DNA of 64,000 bases from Eubacteriales bacterium (GCA_045541355.1 JAZQIW010000046.1:3733-67732); one strand, 5' to 3'; positions 42,299 through 52,253 are shown, counted from the stretch's first letter. Numbers and translations are program-made. The notes: generated by a model not told the origin, from the sequence alone.

Positions 42299-42335
42299 AA
42301 AAATAATGCCCGTACATAGCAAAATATGTACGGGT
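42299..42335 (-). terminator. rho-independent terminator (minus strand)
   Basis: Arms CCCGTACAT and ATGTACGGG form the hairpin. The A-rich run at 42299-42306 on the plus strand gives a U-tract on the minus strand. Confidence 0.7.
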
Positions 42336-42344
42336 AAGAAAAGG

Positions 42345-43625
42345 TTATTCTCTGAACATGGGGCGGGAGTCCTTTAAGGGAACCGCTGTTGAAAGCATAA
42401 GCTTTATTCTGTTTTCCTGATTGATTTTTGTCGCACCCGAATCATAGTCAATTGCCACTATGTTTGCCTGAGGGTACTTTTCCTTTATAGGCTTCATCAT
42501 GCCTTTGCCGACAATGTGGTTGGGCAGACATCCAAAGGGCTGGGTGCACACAATGTTAACGGCTCCCGAATGAATAAGCTCAATCATTTCTGCCGTCAGA
42601 AGCCATCCCTCGCCCATTTTTACGCCAAGCCCTATAACCTCCTCGGCAAGAGGCGGTATTTTTTCAAAGGGAATACCCGCATTGAATGAGCCTTCTTGGC
42701 GTATGGCATCGTTAAGGTCGTTTCTGAAGGATGAGAAAATCTTTAAGAAAAGCTTGTAGATTACGGCGGATTTTTTGTGATAGCCGTAGAGCCTTCTGTC
42801 AATGAGAGCGTTCTGAAGAACGTAAAGACAGAAATCCAAAAGTCCCGGAACCACAACCTCCGCACCCTCGCTCACCAGAAAATCCTCAAGATTGTTGTTG
42901 CCGAGGGGAGAGAACTTTACAAATATTTCGCCTACAATTCCAACCTTCGGCTTGGGAGAGCCGCCCTTGGGGATTTTTGCAAAATCCTCGGTAATAAGCC
43001 GATAGTTGTGCTTTGCTATTCTGTTTGAAAGCTGTCCGCTTGCCATTTGCTTTGTCAGCCTTTCGGTCCATGCATCGGCAAGAAATTCGCTGTCGCCCTC
43101 ATTCAATTCATAGGGTTTTGATTGGTTTACAAGATTCATAAGCAGGTCGCCGTAGCAGATTGCATATGCAAACCTGTGGAGTATGGGAAGCGTCATTTTA
43201 AAGGCGCTTTCCTTTTCAAGCCCCGAGAAGTTGAGGGATATTACGGGAATGTAGCCGTAGCCTGCCTTTGAAAGTGCCTTTCTCAAAAGGTGAATGTAGT
43301 TTGAGGCACGGCAGCCGCCGCCCGTCTGGGTTATCATAAGTGCGATTTTATGCTTGTCATACCTTCCGCTTTCAATGGCATCAATCATCTGACCGATAAC
43401 GAGCTGTGCGGGATAGCAGGTGTCGTTGTGGACATATTTCAGACCCTTGTCAATAACACTCTGTCCCATGTTTTCAAGGAGCTCTGCCTTGTAGCCGTAG
43501 CTTTTCAAAATGCCAATCATTATTTTGAAATGCCTTGGAAGCATTGTGGGTATAAGGATTGTATAATCCTTTTTCATTTCCTGTGTGAAAATGGGATACT
43601 GTCTTGTGTACTCGTTTTGCTTCAA
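42345..43625 (-). CDS. acyl-CoA dehydratase activase-related protein (DUF2229-like partner)
   Basis: 426 aa. Overlaps the upstream gene by 4 nt. The N-terminal ILIPTMLPRHFKIMIGILKSYGYKAELL pattern is typical of this family. Confidence 0.6.
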   Translation of the reverse strand: MKQNEYTRQYPIFTQEMKKDYTILIPTMLPRHFKIMIGILKSYGYKAELLENMGQSVIDKGLKYVHNDTCYPAQLVIGQMIDAIESGRYDKHKIALMITQTGGGCRASNYIHLLRKALSKAGYGYIPVISLNFSGLEKESAFKMTLPILHRFAYAICYGDLLMNLVNQSKPYELNEGDSEFLADAWTERLTKQMASGQLSNRIAKHNYRLITEDFAKIPKGGSPKPKVGIVGEIFVKFSPLGNNNLEDFLVSEGAEVVVPGLLDFCLYVLQNALIDRRLYGYHKKSAVIYKLFLKIFSSFRNDLNDAIRQEGSFNAGIPFEKIPPLAEEVIGLGVKMGEGWLLTAEMIELIHSGAVNIVCTQPFGCLPNHIVGKGMMKPIKEKYPQANIVAIDYDSGATKINQENRIKLMLSTAVPLKDSRPMFRE

Positions 43626-46603
43626 ACCGTCTCACCCGACCTTTCGCGAATGGCACCGATAAGGCTTCTTAGCCTGATTTTTACGGCACCCATGTTGGTG
43701 ATTTCGTCAATTTTTATCTGGGTGTAAAGCCTGCCCGCCTTTTCAAGGATGTCCCTTGTTTCATCGGTGGTAACGGCATCAACGCCGCAGCCGAAGTATA
43801 CAAGCTGAACAAGCTCTGCATCCTTATTTTCACAGACAAACTGCGCTGCATTGTAGAGCCTTGAATGATAAGTCCACTGATTGAGAACGCTGACAGAGGC
43901 ACGCTTATTTGCAAGCCTCCATATGCTGTCCTCGCTGACTACCACAAAGCCGAGCATCTCGCAAAGCTTGTCAATGCCGTGGCCCGTTTCCATGTCTATG
44001 TTGTAGGGTCTGCCTGCAAGAACCAGCAGCCTTTTGCCGTTTTTCCTTGCGTATTCTATTGCCCTTTGTCCCTCGTCGCAAATAAGCCTCATATACTTTT
44101 CATGAGCCTCGTATGCACACTTTACCGCCTTTTTCACGTCTGCTTTTGTTATGTCGGAAAAGTGAGCCGAAAGACAGTCGTAAAGCCCTCTTGTAAACTC
44201 CTTTTCGTTGTTTATGTTGAGGTAAGGGTAGAGGAAGGTCTTGCCCTTGAGAGAGTCCATGTTGCTGTTGAGAAGCTCGGAATAGTAGGCAACAACGGGA
44301 CAGTTGAAGTGGTTGTCCGCCGTTTTTTCGTCAACATTGTAGGTAAGACAAGGATAGAAAATGGTTTCAATTCCGTCATCTATTAACTTCTGAATGTGTC
44401 CGTGCATAATCTTTGCAGGATAGCAGGCGGTGTCGGAGGGAATACTGTTCTGTCCGAGCGCGTAAATGTCTCTTGTGGACATTCCCGACAGCACAACGTC
44501 AAAGCCGAGGCTTGTAAACGCCGCGTGCCAGAAGGGAGACAGCTCATACATTCCGAGAGCAAGCGGGAAGCCTATTTTCCGCTTTGCCTGTGTGTTTCTT
44601 CCGAGATTTAATATATAGTCTCTCTTGAACTGATGTATGTTGGGCGCACTTTCACCCTCATTCTTAAAGCCCAGTCCCTTTTCGCACTTGTTTCCTGAAA
44701 TAAGCTTTTTGCCGTCGGAAAACAGGTTTATCGTCAAGGAACAGTTGTTTGTACATCCGTTGCATACAGCAGATTTTGCCGTGTGGGTAAACTGTGAGAG
44801 CTTTTCCCTTGTTATTATGGTGGAGACGCCTTTTATGTTGCTTTTTGCATAGAGAGCCGCACCGAATGCACCCATAAGACCTGCAATGGAGGGGCGTATA
44901 ACATTGTGCCCCAGTTCCTTTTCAAAGGCGCGAAGCACGGCATCGTTGTAGAATGTGCCGCCCTGAACAACAATGTTTTCGCCAAGCTCTGCGGCGCTGT
45001 TTGCTCTGATAACCTTATATATTGCGTTTTTGACAACGCTTACCGAAAGACCTGCCGATATGTCGGCAACCTCGGCACCGTCTTTTTGTGCCTGCTTTAC
45101 GGAGGAGTTCATAAAGACGGTACAGCGAGTTCCGAGCTGTACGGGACGGCTTGCAAAAAGAGCCATCTTGCTGAAGTCGGAAATGGAATATCCAAGACTC
45201 TTTGCAAATGTTTCAAGGAACGAGCCGCAGCCTGAGGAGCAAGCCTCATTCAGCATGATGCTGTCAATCGCGTTGTTTTTCACCTTAAAGCACTTTATGT
45301 CCTGACCGCCTATGTCAAGAATAAAATCCACATCGTTTTTGAAATGCTTCGCGGCACGGAAATGCGCCATAGTTTCAACAATTCCGAAATCAATGCCGAA
45401 GGCGTGCTGTATAAGCTCCTCGCCGTAGCCTGTGGCGGCAGAGCCGCAAAGCGTGATTCTGTCGCCGCAAAGAAAGTAAATGTGCTCAAGCTGCTTTCTG
45501 ACAACCTCCACGGGATCTCCTTTGTTTGAATCGTAGAAGGAGTAGAGAATCTCAGCGTTTTCGCCTATAAGCACAAGCTTTGTGGTTGTGCTTCCGCAGT
45601 CAATGCCGAGGAAGGCGTTTCCTGAGTAGTCTTCGATGCTTGCCTGCGAAACGGTAGCCTTTTTGTGCCTGTCGGAGAACTCAATGTATTCGTCTTTTGA
45701 TGAAAAAAGCGGTTCAAGCGTCTGGATGCTGGTGTTTGCACCTGCCGCTTTTTCAATAGCCTTGCAAAGAGCCTCATAGGTGAAGCTTGTGTCCTGCTTT
45801 GATGCATAAATTGATGCACCGAGTGCTACTGAAACCTTCGCATACTGCGGGAACACGGCGTTTTCGGGAGAAAGACCGAGAGTTTCCACAAAACGCTTTT
45901 TCAGACCCTCGTTAAAGCTTATGGGACCGCCGAGGAACATGACCTTTCCTTCGATTTTCCGTCCCTGTGCAAGACCTGCAATGGTCTGATTTACAACCGA
46001 CTGGTATATGCTTGCCGCAATATCCTCTTTTCTTGCACCCTGATTCAACAGAGGCTGTATGTCGGTTTTTGCAAAAACGCCGCAGCGGGATGCTATCGGA
46101 TATATTTTGCTGCTGCCGAGACTGAGCTCGTCAAGCTCGTCGGGCGTCACGTCAAGAAGGGTTGCCATTTGGTCGATAAACGCACCCGTACCGCCTGCAC
46201 ACGTGCCGTTCATTCTCTGGTCAATACCGCCGTCAAAGAAAATGATTTTTGCATCCTCTCCGCCAAGCTCAACAACAACATTTACGTCGCTTGCAAGCTT
46301 TTTTGCCATTTCAGCCGTTGCAAAAACCTCCTGAACAAAGGGAATGCTTGCTTCCTGTGCCAGTCCGAGACCGGCAGAGCCTGAGATGGCAAGCTTTATT
46401 TCTCTGCCATCAAGATGCGGCTTTGCCTGCTTAATAAGCTCCAGGGTTTTTGCTCTTACCATCGAAAAGTGCCTTTCGTACTTTTCAAATAACAGCCTTT
46501 CGCCGTCTATTACAACAATCTTTGCGGTGGTTGAGCCTATATCAATACCTACGGTTATGTAATTCTGATTTATAGCTTTTGGTTGTTCAATTATCTTGTT
46601 CAT
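43622..46603 (-). CDS. double BadF/BadG/BcrA/BcrD-type ATPase (CoA-substrate-specific enzyme activase family) with C-terminal extension
   Basis: Two ASKHA ATPase modules (GIDIGSTTAKIVV and GIDCGSTTTKLVL) are followed by a C-terminal region of about 400 aa containing CNGCTNNC. Confidence 0.75.
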   Translation of the reverse strand: MNKIIEQPKAINQNYITVGIDIGSTTAKIVVIDGERLLFEKYERHFSMVRAKTLELIKQAKPHLDGREIKLAISGSAGLGLAQEASIPFVQEVFATAEMAKKLASDVNVVVELGGEDAKIIFFDGGIDQRMNGTCAGGTGAFIDQMATLLDVTPDELDELSLGSSKIYPIASRCGVFAKTDIQPLLNQGARKEDIAASIYQSVVNQTIAGLAQGRKIEGKVMFLGGPISFNEGLKKRFVETLGLSPENAVFPQYAKVSVALGASIYASKQDTSFTYEALCKAIEKAAGANTSIQTLEPLFSSKDEYIEFSDRHKKATVSQASIEDYSGNAFLGIDCGSTTTKLVLIGENAEILYSFYDSNKGDPVEVVRKQLEHIYFLCGDRITLCGSAATGYGEELIQHAFGIDFGIVETMAHFRAAKHFKNDVDFILDIGGQDIKCFKVKNNAIDSIMLNEACSSGCGSFLETFAKSLGYSISDFSKMALFASRPVQLGTRCTVFMNSSVKQAQKDGAEVADISAGLSVSVVKNAIYKVIRANSAAELGENIVVQGGTFYNDAVLRAFEKELGHNVIRPSIAGLMGAFGAALYAKSNIKGVSTIITREKLSQFTHTAKSAVCNGCTNNCSLTINLFSDGKKLISGNKCEKGLGFKNEGESAPNIHQFKRDYILNLGRNTQAKRKIGFPLALGMYELSPFWHAAFTSLGFDVVLSGMSTRDIYALGQNSIPSDTACYPAKIMHGHIQKLIDDGIETIFYPCLTYNVDEKTADNHFNCPVVAYYSELLNSNMDSLKGKTFLYPYLNINNEKEFTRGLYDCLSAHFSDITKADVKKAVKCAYEAHEKYMRLICDEGQRAIEYARKNGKRLLVLAGRPYNIDMETGHGIDKLCEMLGFVVVSEDSIWRLANKRASVSVLNQWTYHSRLYNAAQFVCENKDAELVQLVYFGCGVDAVTTDETRDILEKAGRLYTQIKIDEITNMGAVKIRLRSLIGAIRERSGETV

Positions 46604-46734
46604 AATTTCCCTCCGCGAATAGCCAAGAAAAATGTCGATTTCTCAATAATTACTACATATTATATTATATCTGTGTTAAATATCAAGGTGATAAAGTTTA
46701 ATATTATATAAACGTTTAATTGCATTATGCAACG

Positions 46735-46762
46735 AAAAAAAGCATCGGCAAAACGCCGATGC
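46735..46762 (-). terminator. rho-independent terminator of the metal ABC operon (minus strand)
   Basis: GCATCGGC-AAAAC-GCCGATGC with a preceding A-run on the plus strand. Confidence 0.75.
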
Positions 46763-46780
46763 CTGAAAACGAGACATATT

Positions 46781-47596
46781 TTACTTTTTGAATAATGAGA
46801 TAAGGCGGAAAAGCAGGAACATGATAATGTTTGAGATGACAATGGCAGCACCCGTCGGAAGGTTAAAAATAACCGAAGCACAAATGCCTGACAAAAAGCA
46901 AACCACAGATACAATTCCCGAGCATATTACAACACCCTTGAAGGTTTTGCAAAGACTCATTGAAGTGAGAGACGGGAAAATGATAAGACTTGAAATGAGA
47001 AGAGCTCCCATAAGCCTCATTCCGAGAACGATTATAAGTGAGGTGAGTATTGCCACAAGACCGTTGTAGAAGCCTGCCTTTACACCTGTTGCCTTTGAGA
47101 AGGTCTCATCAAAGGTTATGCCGAAAATCTTGTTGTAGAACAGAATAAAGAGAATAAGTACGGGAAAGGAGACGGCAAGGCTGAGTATAACGTCACTTTC
47201 CGAAAGACCGAGAATTGTGCCGAACATATAGCTGTTGAAATCCTGATTCATGCCTGTCGAAAGGGAGGAGGCGACAACGCCTACCGCAAGTGCCCCCGTA
47301 GATACGAGTGCTACCGCCGAGTCCCCCTTGAGCTTGCTTGAGTCCCCGAGCCTTAAAAGCAGAAATGCCGCCGCAATAACGACAGGGATTGCCACGGCAA
47401 GAGGCGCAAGCCCGAGTGCCGACGCCACAACCACCGAGCCAAAGCCCACATGGGAAAGCCCGTCGCCTATCATGGAATAACGCTTGAGTACAAGACTCAC
47501 CCCCAAAAGAGAGGCGCACAGAGATATAATGATACCCCCTAAAACTGCCCTTTGCATGAAGGGCTGGGAAAGCATGAAGAATAAGGTGTCCGTCAT
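46781..47596 (-). CDS. metal (Zn/Mn) ABC transporter permease
   Basis: 271 aa, polytopic, ABC-3 (ZnuB/MntB) type, in an operon with the ATPase and binding protein. Confidence 0.85.
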   Translation of the reverse strand: MTDTLFFMLSQPFMQRAVLGGIIISLCASLLGVSLVLKRYSMIGDGLSHVGFGSVVVASALGLAPLAVAIPVVIAAAFLLLRLGDSSKLKGDSAVALVSTGALAVGVVASSLSTGMNQDFNSYMFGTILGLSESDVILSLAVSFPVLILFILFYNKIFGITFDETFSKATGVKAGFYNGLVAILTSLIIVLGMRLMGALLISSLIIFPSLTSMSLCKTFKGVVICSGIVSVVCFLSGICASVIFNLPTGAAIVISNIIMFLLFRLISLFKK

Positions 47597-47632
47597 TTTG
47601 TTACATTCCTTTGCGTGAAAAAGATTAGGCTC

Positions 47633-48346
47633 TCAGCTTTCATTTCCCATGAAAACTCTGCCTGCCTCAGAGGAAAGATAGTTCTCGGTTTTTCCGAAAT
47701 AAAGCTGCTTTCCCATAAGGTGAAGCATATGGGTGGAGTATTTGAGGGATGCGCGTATGTCGTGGGAAACCATGATGATTGTTATGCCGTGCTCGCGGTT
47801 GAGATGGTATAAAAGCTCATACATTTCCTCTGTTGCCACAGGGTCAAGTCCCGTCACAGGCTCGTCAAGGAGTAAAAGAGACCCGGTTGCACATAATGCC
47901 CTTGCAAGCAGCACCCTTTGCTGTTGACCGCCCGAAAGGCTGCGGTAGCATTTGTTTTTTAAATCCGAAATTCCGAGAATTGCCATGTTGTCAAGGGCGC
48001 ATTTTTTGTCATTTGCACCGTAAAAACCAAAGAGCTTTTTCCTGCCGAGACATCCCGTCAGCACAACCTCATATACCGAGGCGGGAAAGTCCTTCTGAGC
48101 GGGTGTCTGCTGCGGAAGATATCCAATTTGATTCTGCTTTAAGCCATCAAGAAAATGTAAATGCCCCGACGAGCATTTTATAAGACCCAAAAGAGCCTTG
48201 ATAAGGGTTGATTTTCCCGAGCCGTTTTCACCGACAACACAAAGATAATCTCCCTTTTCCACCTGAAAGGAAAGGTTTGTTACAACATCTGTGCCGTCAT
48301 AGCCGAGACATACGTTTTTTGCTTCTATAAGTGCCATATTATTCAC
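47633..48346 (-). CDS. metal ABC transporter ATP-binding protein
   Basis: Walker A GENGSGKST, signature LSGGQQQR and Walker B LLLLDEP. Confidence 0.9.
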   Translation of the reverse strand: MNNMALIEAKNVCLGYDGTDVVTNLSFQVEKGDYLCVVGENGSGKSTLIKALLGLIKCSSGHLHFLDGLKQNQIGYLPQQTPAQKDFPASVYEVVLTGCLGRKKLFGFYGANDKKCALDNMAILGISDLKNKCYRSLSGGQQQRVLLARALCATGSLLLLDEPVTGLDPVATEEMYELLYHLNREHGITIIMVSHDIRASLKYSTHMLHLMGKQLYFGKTENYLSSEAGRVFMGNES

Positions 48347-49268
48347 ATAAAGCCTTTCTTAAATTCTCTGCGTTTTTCATCATCAAATCGTAGTAGGTAA
48401 TGCCTTCCTCAAACTCCTTTGCCGTAACATTGTGGCAGGAATGAAGAGTGAGGATTTCGGCATTGGTGCCTTCGGTGACACTCTTTGCGATTTTGCCGTT
48501 GGAAAATTCGATTGTAAAAACATAACCGAACCCTTCATTTTTTACCCTTTCAGAAAGGGCAGCAATAACCGAAGCACTCGGCTCTGTGCTTGAAGAGCAG
48601 CCGGGGTATGCGGCATGATATTTCAAATTGTAATGGTTTGCAAAATGGGTAAAGGGAAAACGGTCTGCAACAATAACAGTGTCTCTTTTTGCCTCTGACA
48701 TAATAAGTGAAAATTCGCTGTCAAGCTGCGAGAGAAGAACGAGATAGCCTTCAAGATTTTGACGGTACCTGTCGGAGTTTTCGCTGTCAATGCTGCAAAG
48801 AGCTTCACAGATTTTTTTGCAGATTTGTTCCGAATTGTGAGGCAGAGTCCAAACGTGCTCGTCGTATTCGTGACTGTGACCTTCATGCGAGTCGGGATTA
48901 TGTTCTTCGTGGGCTTCTTTTTCACAAATGTCCATAAAGGATATAACCCTTGATGAGCTGTCTCCGGAGTCAATCAGATTCTTTGCCCATAGGTCGCTTT
49001 CGCCTCCGGTGTATATAAATAAATCGCAGGAGGACAGAGCAAAAATGTCCGACGGGGTCGGCTCAAAGGAGTGAACCTCGCTGCCGGGGGATATCAGCAT
49101 ATTTATCTCAACACCGTCTACTCCCTCTGTCAGCTGTCTTGCAAAATCGTAGTGGGGAAAGGCGGTGACCACGATTGAAAGAGTATCCCCTCCGTCATTG
49201 CTTTTGGTGCACGCACCAAAGGATAAAACCGTTATAAGGCATATAATTACACTTAAAATCTTTTTCAT
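48339..49268 (-). CDS. zinc-type ABC substrate-binding lipoprotein (ZnuA/AdcA-like)
   Basis: ATG at 49268 gives MKKILSVIICLITVLSFGAC, a lipobox signal peptide. The His/acidic loop HEEHNPDSHEGHSHEYDEH is typical of zinc-specific cluster A-I proteins. Confidence 0.8.
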   Translation of the reverse strand: MKKILSVIICLITVLSFGACTKSNDGGDTLSIVVTAFPHYDFARQLTEGVDGVEINMLISPGSEVHSFEPTPSDIFALSSCDLFIYTGGESDLWAKNLIDSGDSSSRVISFMDICEKEAHEEHNPDSHEGHSHEYDEHVWTLPHNSEQICKKICEALCSIDSENSDRYRQNLEGYLVLLSQLDSEFSLIMSEAKRDTVIVADRFPFTHFANHYNLKYHAAYPGCSSSTEPSASVIAALSERVKNEGFGYVFTIEFSNGKIAKSVTEGTNAEILTLHSCHNVTAKEFEEGITYYDLMMKNAENLRKALCE

Positions 49269-49290
49269 AAGACCTCTCATAAATCGAAAT

Positions 49291-49305
49291 TGAAAACCAT
49301 TTTCA
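49291..49305. promoter_or_regulatory. Fur-family (Zur-like) operator candidate TGAAAACCATTTTCA
   Basis: Inverted repeat TGAAAA-CCA-TTTTCA, lying between the minus-strand -10 element and the znuA-like start codon. Confidence 0.45.
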
Positions 49306-49316
49306 TATTGCTTATG

Positions 49317-49345
49317 AGTATACCACAATAAAACGGGTTTGTCAA
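49317..49345 (-). promoter_or_regulatory. sigma-A promoter on the minus strand (TTGACA-17-TATACT)
   Basis: Reverse complement: TTGACA at 49345-49340 and TATACT at 49322-49317. Confidence 0.6.
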
Positions 49346-49448
49346 GAAAAAAAGACAGCATGCCGTTGACATAAGAAGGAATTTTTTATATAATTTGTGT
49401 AAGATGCAGGTGATGCATATAAAAAAGGATATATCGACGGGGGAAAAT

Positions 49449-50267
49449 ATGTTTGAAGTAAAAAAGCTTGTTTCGGTTGACGGCGTTTTCGCACTTATTG
49501 ATTCACAAAAGGGTCCCGATTTTCACTTTGACGGCGAAAGCCATCCCTTTTGGGAGATGGTGTTTGTCAAGGAAGGAAAGGTAGGCGTTTCTGCCGATGA
49601 AAGAATATATAGTCTTTCGGCGGGGGATGTTATATTTCATAAGCCAATGGAGTTTCACAGAATATGGGCATTGGATAACACAAGTCCGAGGCTTAATATA
49701 ATCACGTTTTCGGCTTCGGGAGAAAAGACGGCGGCTCTTGAAAATATGACGGCACATCTTGATGAAGACGGTATAAAGCTTGTCACAAGAATTGTGGATA
49801 AGGGCAAGCGTGCATTTGTGTTCCGCAAGGGAAATATCATTGATTGTGCAGCAGATGAAAGACTGTGTCAGGAGTACTGTAACTATATTGAAATATTCCT
49901 GCTTTCGCTGACAAATAAAAAACTTGGCGAGCCTCTTTGCACCGATTCTTCATCAGACTCAAAGCTCTTTTCCGATGTTGTGCTTTACATGAGGGAAAAT
50001 ATCGGTGCAAAGCTTTGTGTTGAGCAAATAGCAAACGAGTTTTTTGTAAGTCCTTCAAGAATAAAAAAGCTGTTTTCCAAATACTCGGGAATAGGTGTAA
50101 TCGGATACTTCAATAACATGAAGGTGCTGGAGGCAGGCAGACTTCTGTCTGACGGATATACCGCAAGCGAGACGGCGGAAAAGCTCGGCTTTGCAAATCA
50201 GTTCTATTTCTGCACCGTTTTTAAGAAAATCACCGGCACAACACCCTCGGAATTTAAAAGAAAATAA
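49449..50267 (+). CDS. AraC-family transcriptional regulator (cupin N-domain plus HTH)
   Basis: C-terminal dual HTH (VEQIANEFFVSPSRIKKLF...ETAEKLGFANQFYFCTVFKKITGTTPSEF). ATG at 49449 follows GGGGGA. Confidence 0.85.
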   Translation: MFEVKKLVSVDGVFALIDSQKGPDFHFDGESHPFWEMVFVKEGKVGVSADERIYSLSAGDVIFHKPMEFHRIWALDNTSPRLNIITFSASGEKTAALENMTAHLDEDGIKLVTRIVDKGKRAFVFRKGNIIDCAADERLCQEYCNYIEIFLLSLTNKKLGEPLCTDSSSDSKLFSDVVLYMRENIGAKLCVEQIANEFFVSPSRIKKLFSKYSGIGVIGYFNNMKVLEAGRLLSDGYTASETAEKLGFANQFYFCTVFKKITGTTPSEFKRK

Positions 50268-50305
50268 TAAAACCTTTCACATTTATATATATGTATATAT
50301 CTCTA

Positions 50306-50334
50306 TTGACAAATTAATAACAGCATATTATAAT
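50306..50334 (+). promoter_or_regulatory. consensus sigma-A promoter (TTGACA-17-TATAAT)
   Basis: TTGACA at 50306-50311 and TATAAT at 50329-50334. It would give a leader of about 135 nt. Confidence 0.65.
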
Positions 50335-50474
50335 GTATTCTGGAACAATTTGGGAATACTCTTACTTTCGCAGATTCGTGACAGTCGGTAAAGACGAGTG
50401 CCTTTGATTGTTTCCCCCACACCCACATTATAGGAAATAAACACCATTGACGAAAAATTAAGGAGAAAGAAAAA

Positions 50475-52241
50475 ATGAATTTTCAAGACGTTTTAACAAT
50501 GCTTATGGGTCTTGTGCTTTTCCTCTTTGGTATGAACCTTATGGGTGAAGCACTTGAAAAAAGGGCGGGAAATAAGCTTAAAGATATTCTCGCAACACTC
50601 ACATCCAGTAAAATCAAGGGACTGCTTTTGGGTGCTGTCGTCACTTGCGTTATTCAGTCCTCCTCTGCCACAACGGTAATGGCAGTCGGCTTTGTAAACT
50701 CGGGCCTTATGACCCTCGGTCAGGCAATCCCCGTAATAATGGGTGCCAATATCGGTACAACCATTACCTCATGGATTTTGTCGCTTTCGGGACTTTCGGG
50801 TGATGCCTGGTACATTACCATATTCAAGCCCGCAACCTTTGTTCCCGTTCTTGCGGTAATCGGTATTGTTTTTTTCATGTTCATCAAAAAGGCAAAGTAT
50901 AAGGACATAGGTCTTATACTTATAGGCTTTTCGACCTTGATGTTCGGAATGGAAACAATGTCCGGAGCTGTAAAGGTGCTTAAAGACGTACCTGAATTTG
51001 CAAGTCTGCTTACAAGATTTGAAAACCCCATTCTCGGTGTTATTGCAGGTGCAATTATTACGGGTATCATTCAGTCGTCATCGGCGTCGGTCGGTATTCT
51101 TCAGGCGCTTGCCGGTGCTACGGGCGCAGTTACTGTCGGTGCAACCATTCCCATCATCATGGGTCAGAATATCGGTACCTGTGTTACAGCCATGATTTCC
51201 TCTGTCGGTGCGAATAAGAACGCAAAGAGAACGGCGGCGGTGCATCTCTACTTTAACATTATAGGCACTGTGGTTTCACTTACTGTCTACATGATTGTTA
51301 CAAGCTTTGTGACAATTCCGGTGCTTTCAAATCCCGCCGACCAGTTCAGCATTGCGGTGGTGCATACGGCGTTTAATGTTATCTGCACACTCATTCTCTT
51401 CCCCTTTGCATCGGGACTTGAAAAACTTGCCACTCTCACCGTCGGCAACAAGAGGGGCGAAAACGATAAGACAATCATGCTTGACGAACGTCTGATAACA
51501 ACCCCCGCTATTGCCATAAGCCGGTGTAAGGCGGCGGTTAACGAAATGTCGGCACTGTCACTTGAAGCATTGAACAAAACCTTTGATATGTTCGGCGCAT
51601 TCAATGAAAAAACCTTCGATGTGATTGAAAAAACCGAGGATGAGGTAGATAAATACGAGGATACCGTCGGAACCTATCTTGTAAAGCTTTCGGCTTCAAA
51701 CCTCACACCCGAAAACTCCAGAGAAGTAACAAAGCTTCTTCACACAATAGGCGACCTCGAAAGACTTTCCGACCATGCCGTAAATATTGCAAAATCCCTG
51801 CAGGAAATGTCGGATAAAAAGCTGAGCTTTTCACCCCGCGCAACAAATGAGATTAAAATCATGATTGAGGCGGTAAGAGAAATTACAAGCCTTGCAAACG
51901 AATGCTTTGTTTCCGACGATCTTAAAACGGCATATCTTGTAGAGCCTCTTGAACAGGTTATCGACTATTTAAAGGATGAAATCAAGAAGGGACATATACA
52001 GAGACTTCAGAAGGAAGAATGTACAATTGAAATGGGCTTTGTGCTTTCCGACCTTATTACAAACCTTGAGCGTGTTTCCGACCACTGTTCAAATATTGCA
52101 GGCTGTGTAATCGAGCTAAGCAAGGATGAGCTCAGCCTTCACGAGTACTATCACGAAATCAAGGAAATCGGCGACTTCAGAACAGAATACTTCAACAAGA
52201 AGTACGATATGTTCAAGCAAAAGTACGCTTTGGAAAAATAA
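50475..52241 (+). CDS. Na/Pi cotransporter family protein with PhoU-like C-terminal domain
   Basis: Duplicated QSSSAT/QSSSAS membrane motifs, and a C-terminal pair of PhoU-like repeats (ERLSDHAVNIA and ERVSDHCSNIA). Confidence 0.88.
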   Translation: MNFQDVLTMLMGLVLFLFGMNLMGEALEKRAGNKLKDILATLTSSKIKGLLLGAVVTCVIQSSSATTVMAVGFVNSGLMTLGQAIPVIMGANIGTTITSWILSLSGLSGDAWYITIFKPATFVPVLAVIGIVFFMFIKKAKYKDIGLILIGFSTLMFGMETMSGAVKVLKDVPEFASLLTRFENPILGVIAGAIITGIIQSSSASVGILQALAGATGAVTVGATIPIIMGQNIGTCVTAMISSVGANKNAKRTAAVHLYFNIIGTVVSLTVYMIVTSFVTIPVLSNPADQFSIAVVHTAFNVICTLILFPFASGLEKLATLTVGNKRGENDKTIMLDERLITTPAIAISRCKAAVNEMSALSLEALNKTFDMFGAFNEKTFDVIEKTEDEVDKYEDTVGTYLVKLSASNLTPENSREVTKLLHTIGDLERLSDHAVNIAKSLQEMSDKKLSFSPRATNEIKIMIEAVREITSLANECFVSDDLKTAYLVEPLEQVIDYLKDEIKKGHIQRLQKEECTIEMGFVLSDLITNLERVSDHCSNIAGCVIELSKDELSLHEYYHEIKEIGDFRTEYFNKKYDMFKQKYALEK

Positions 52242-52253
52242 AATCGTAACTTG

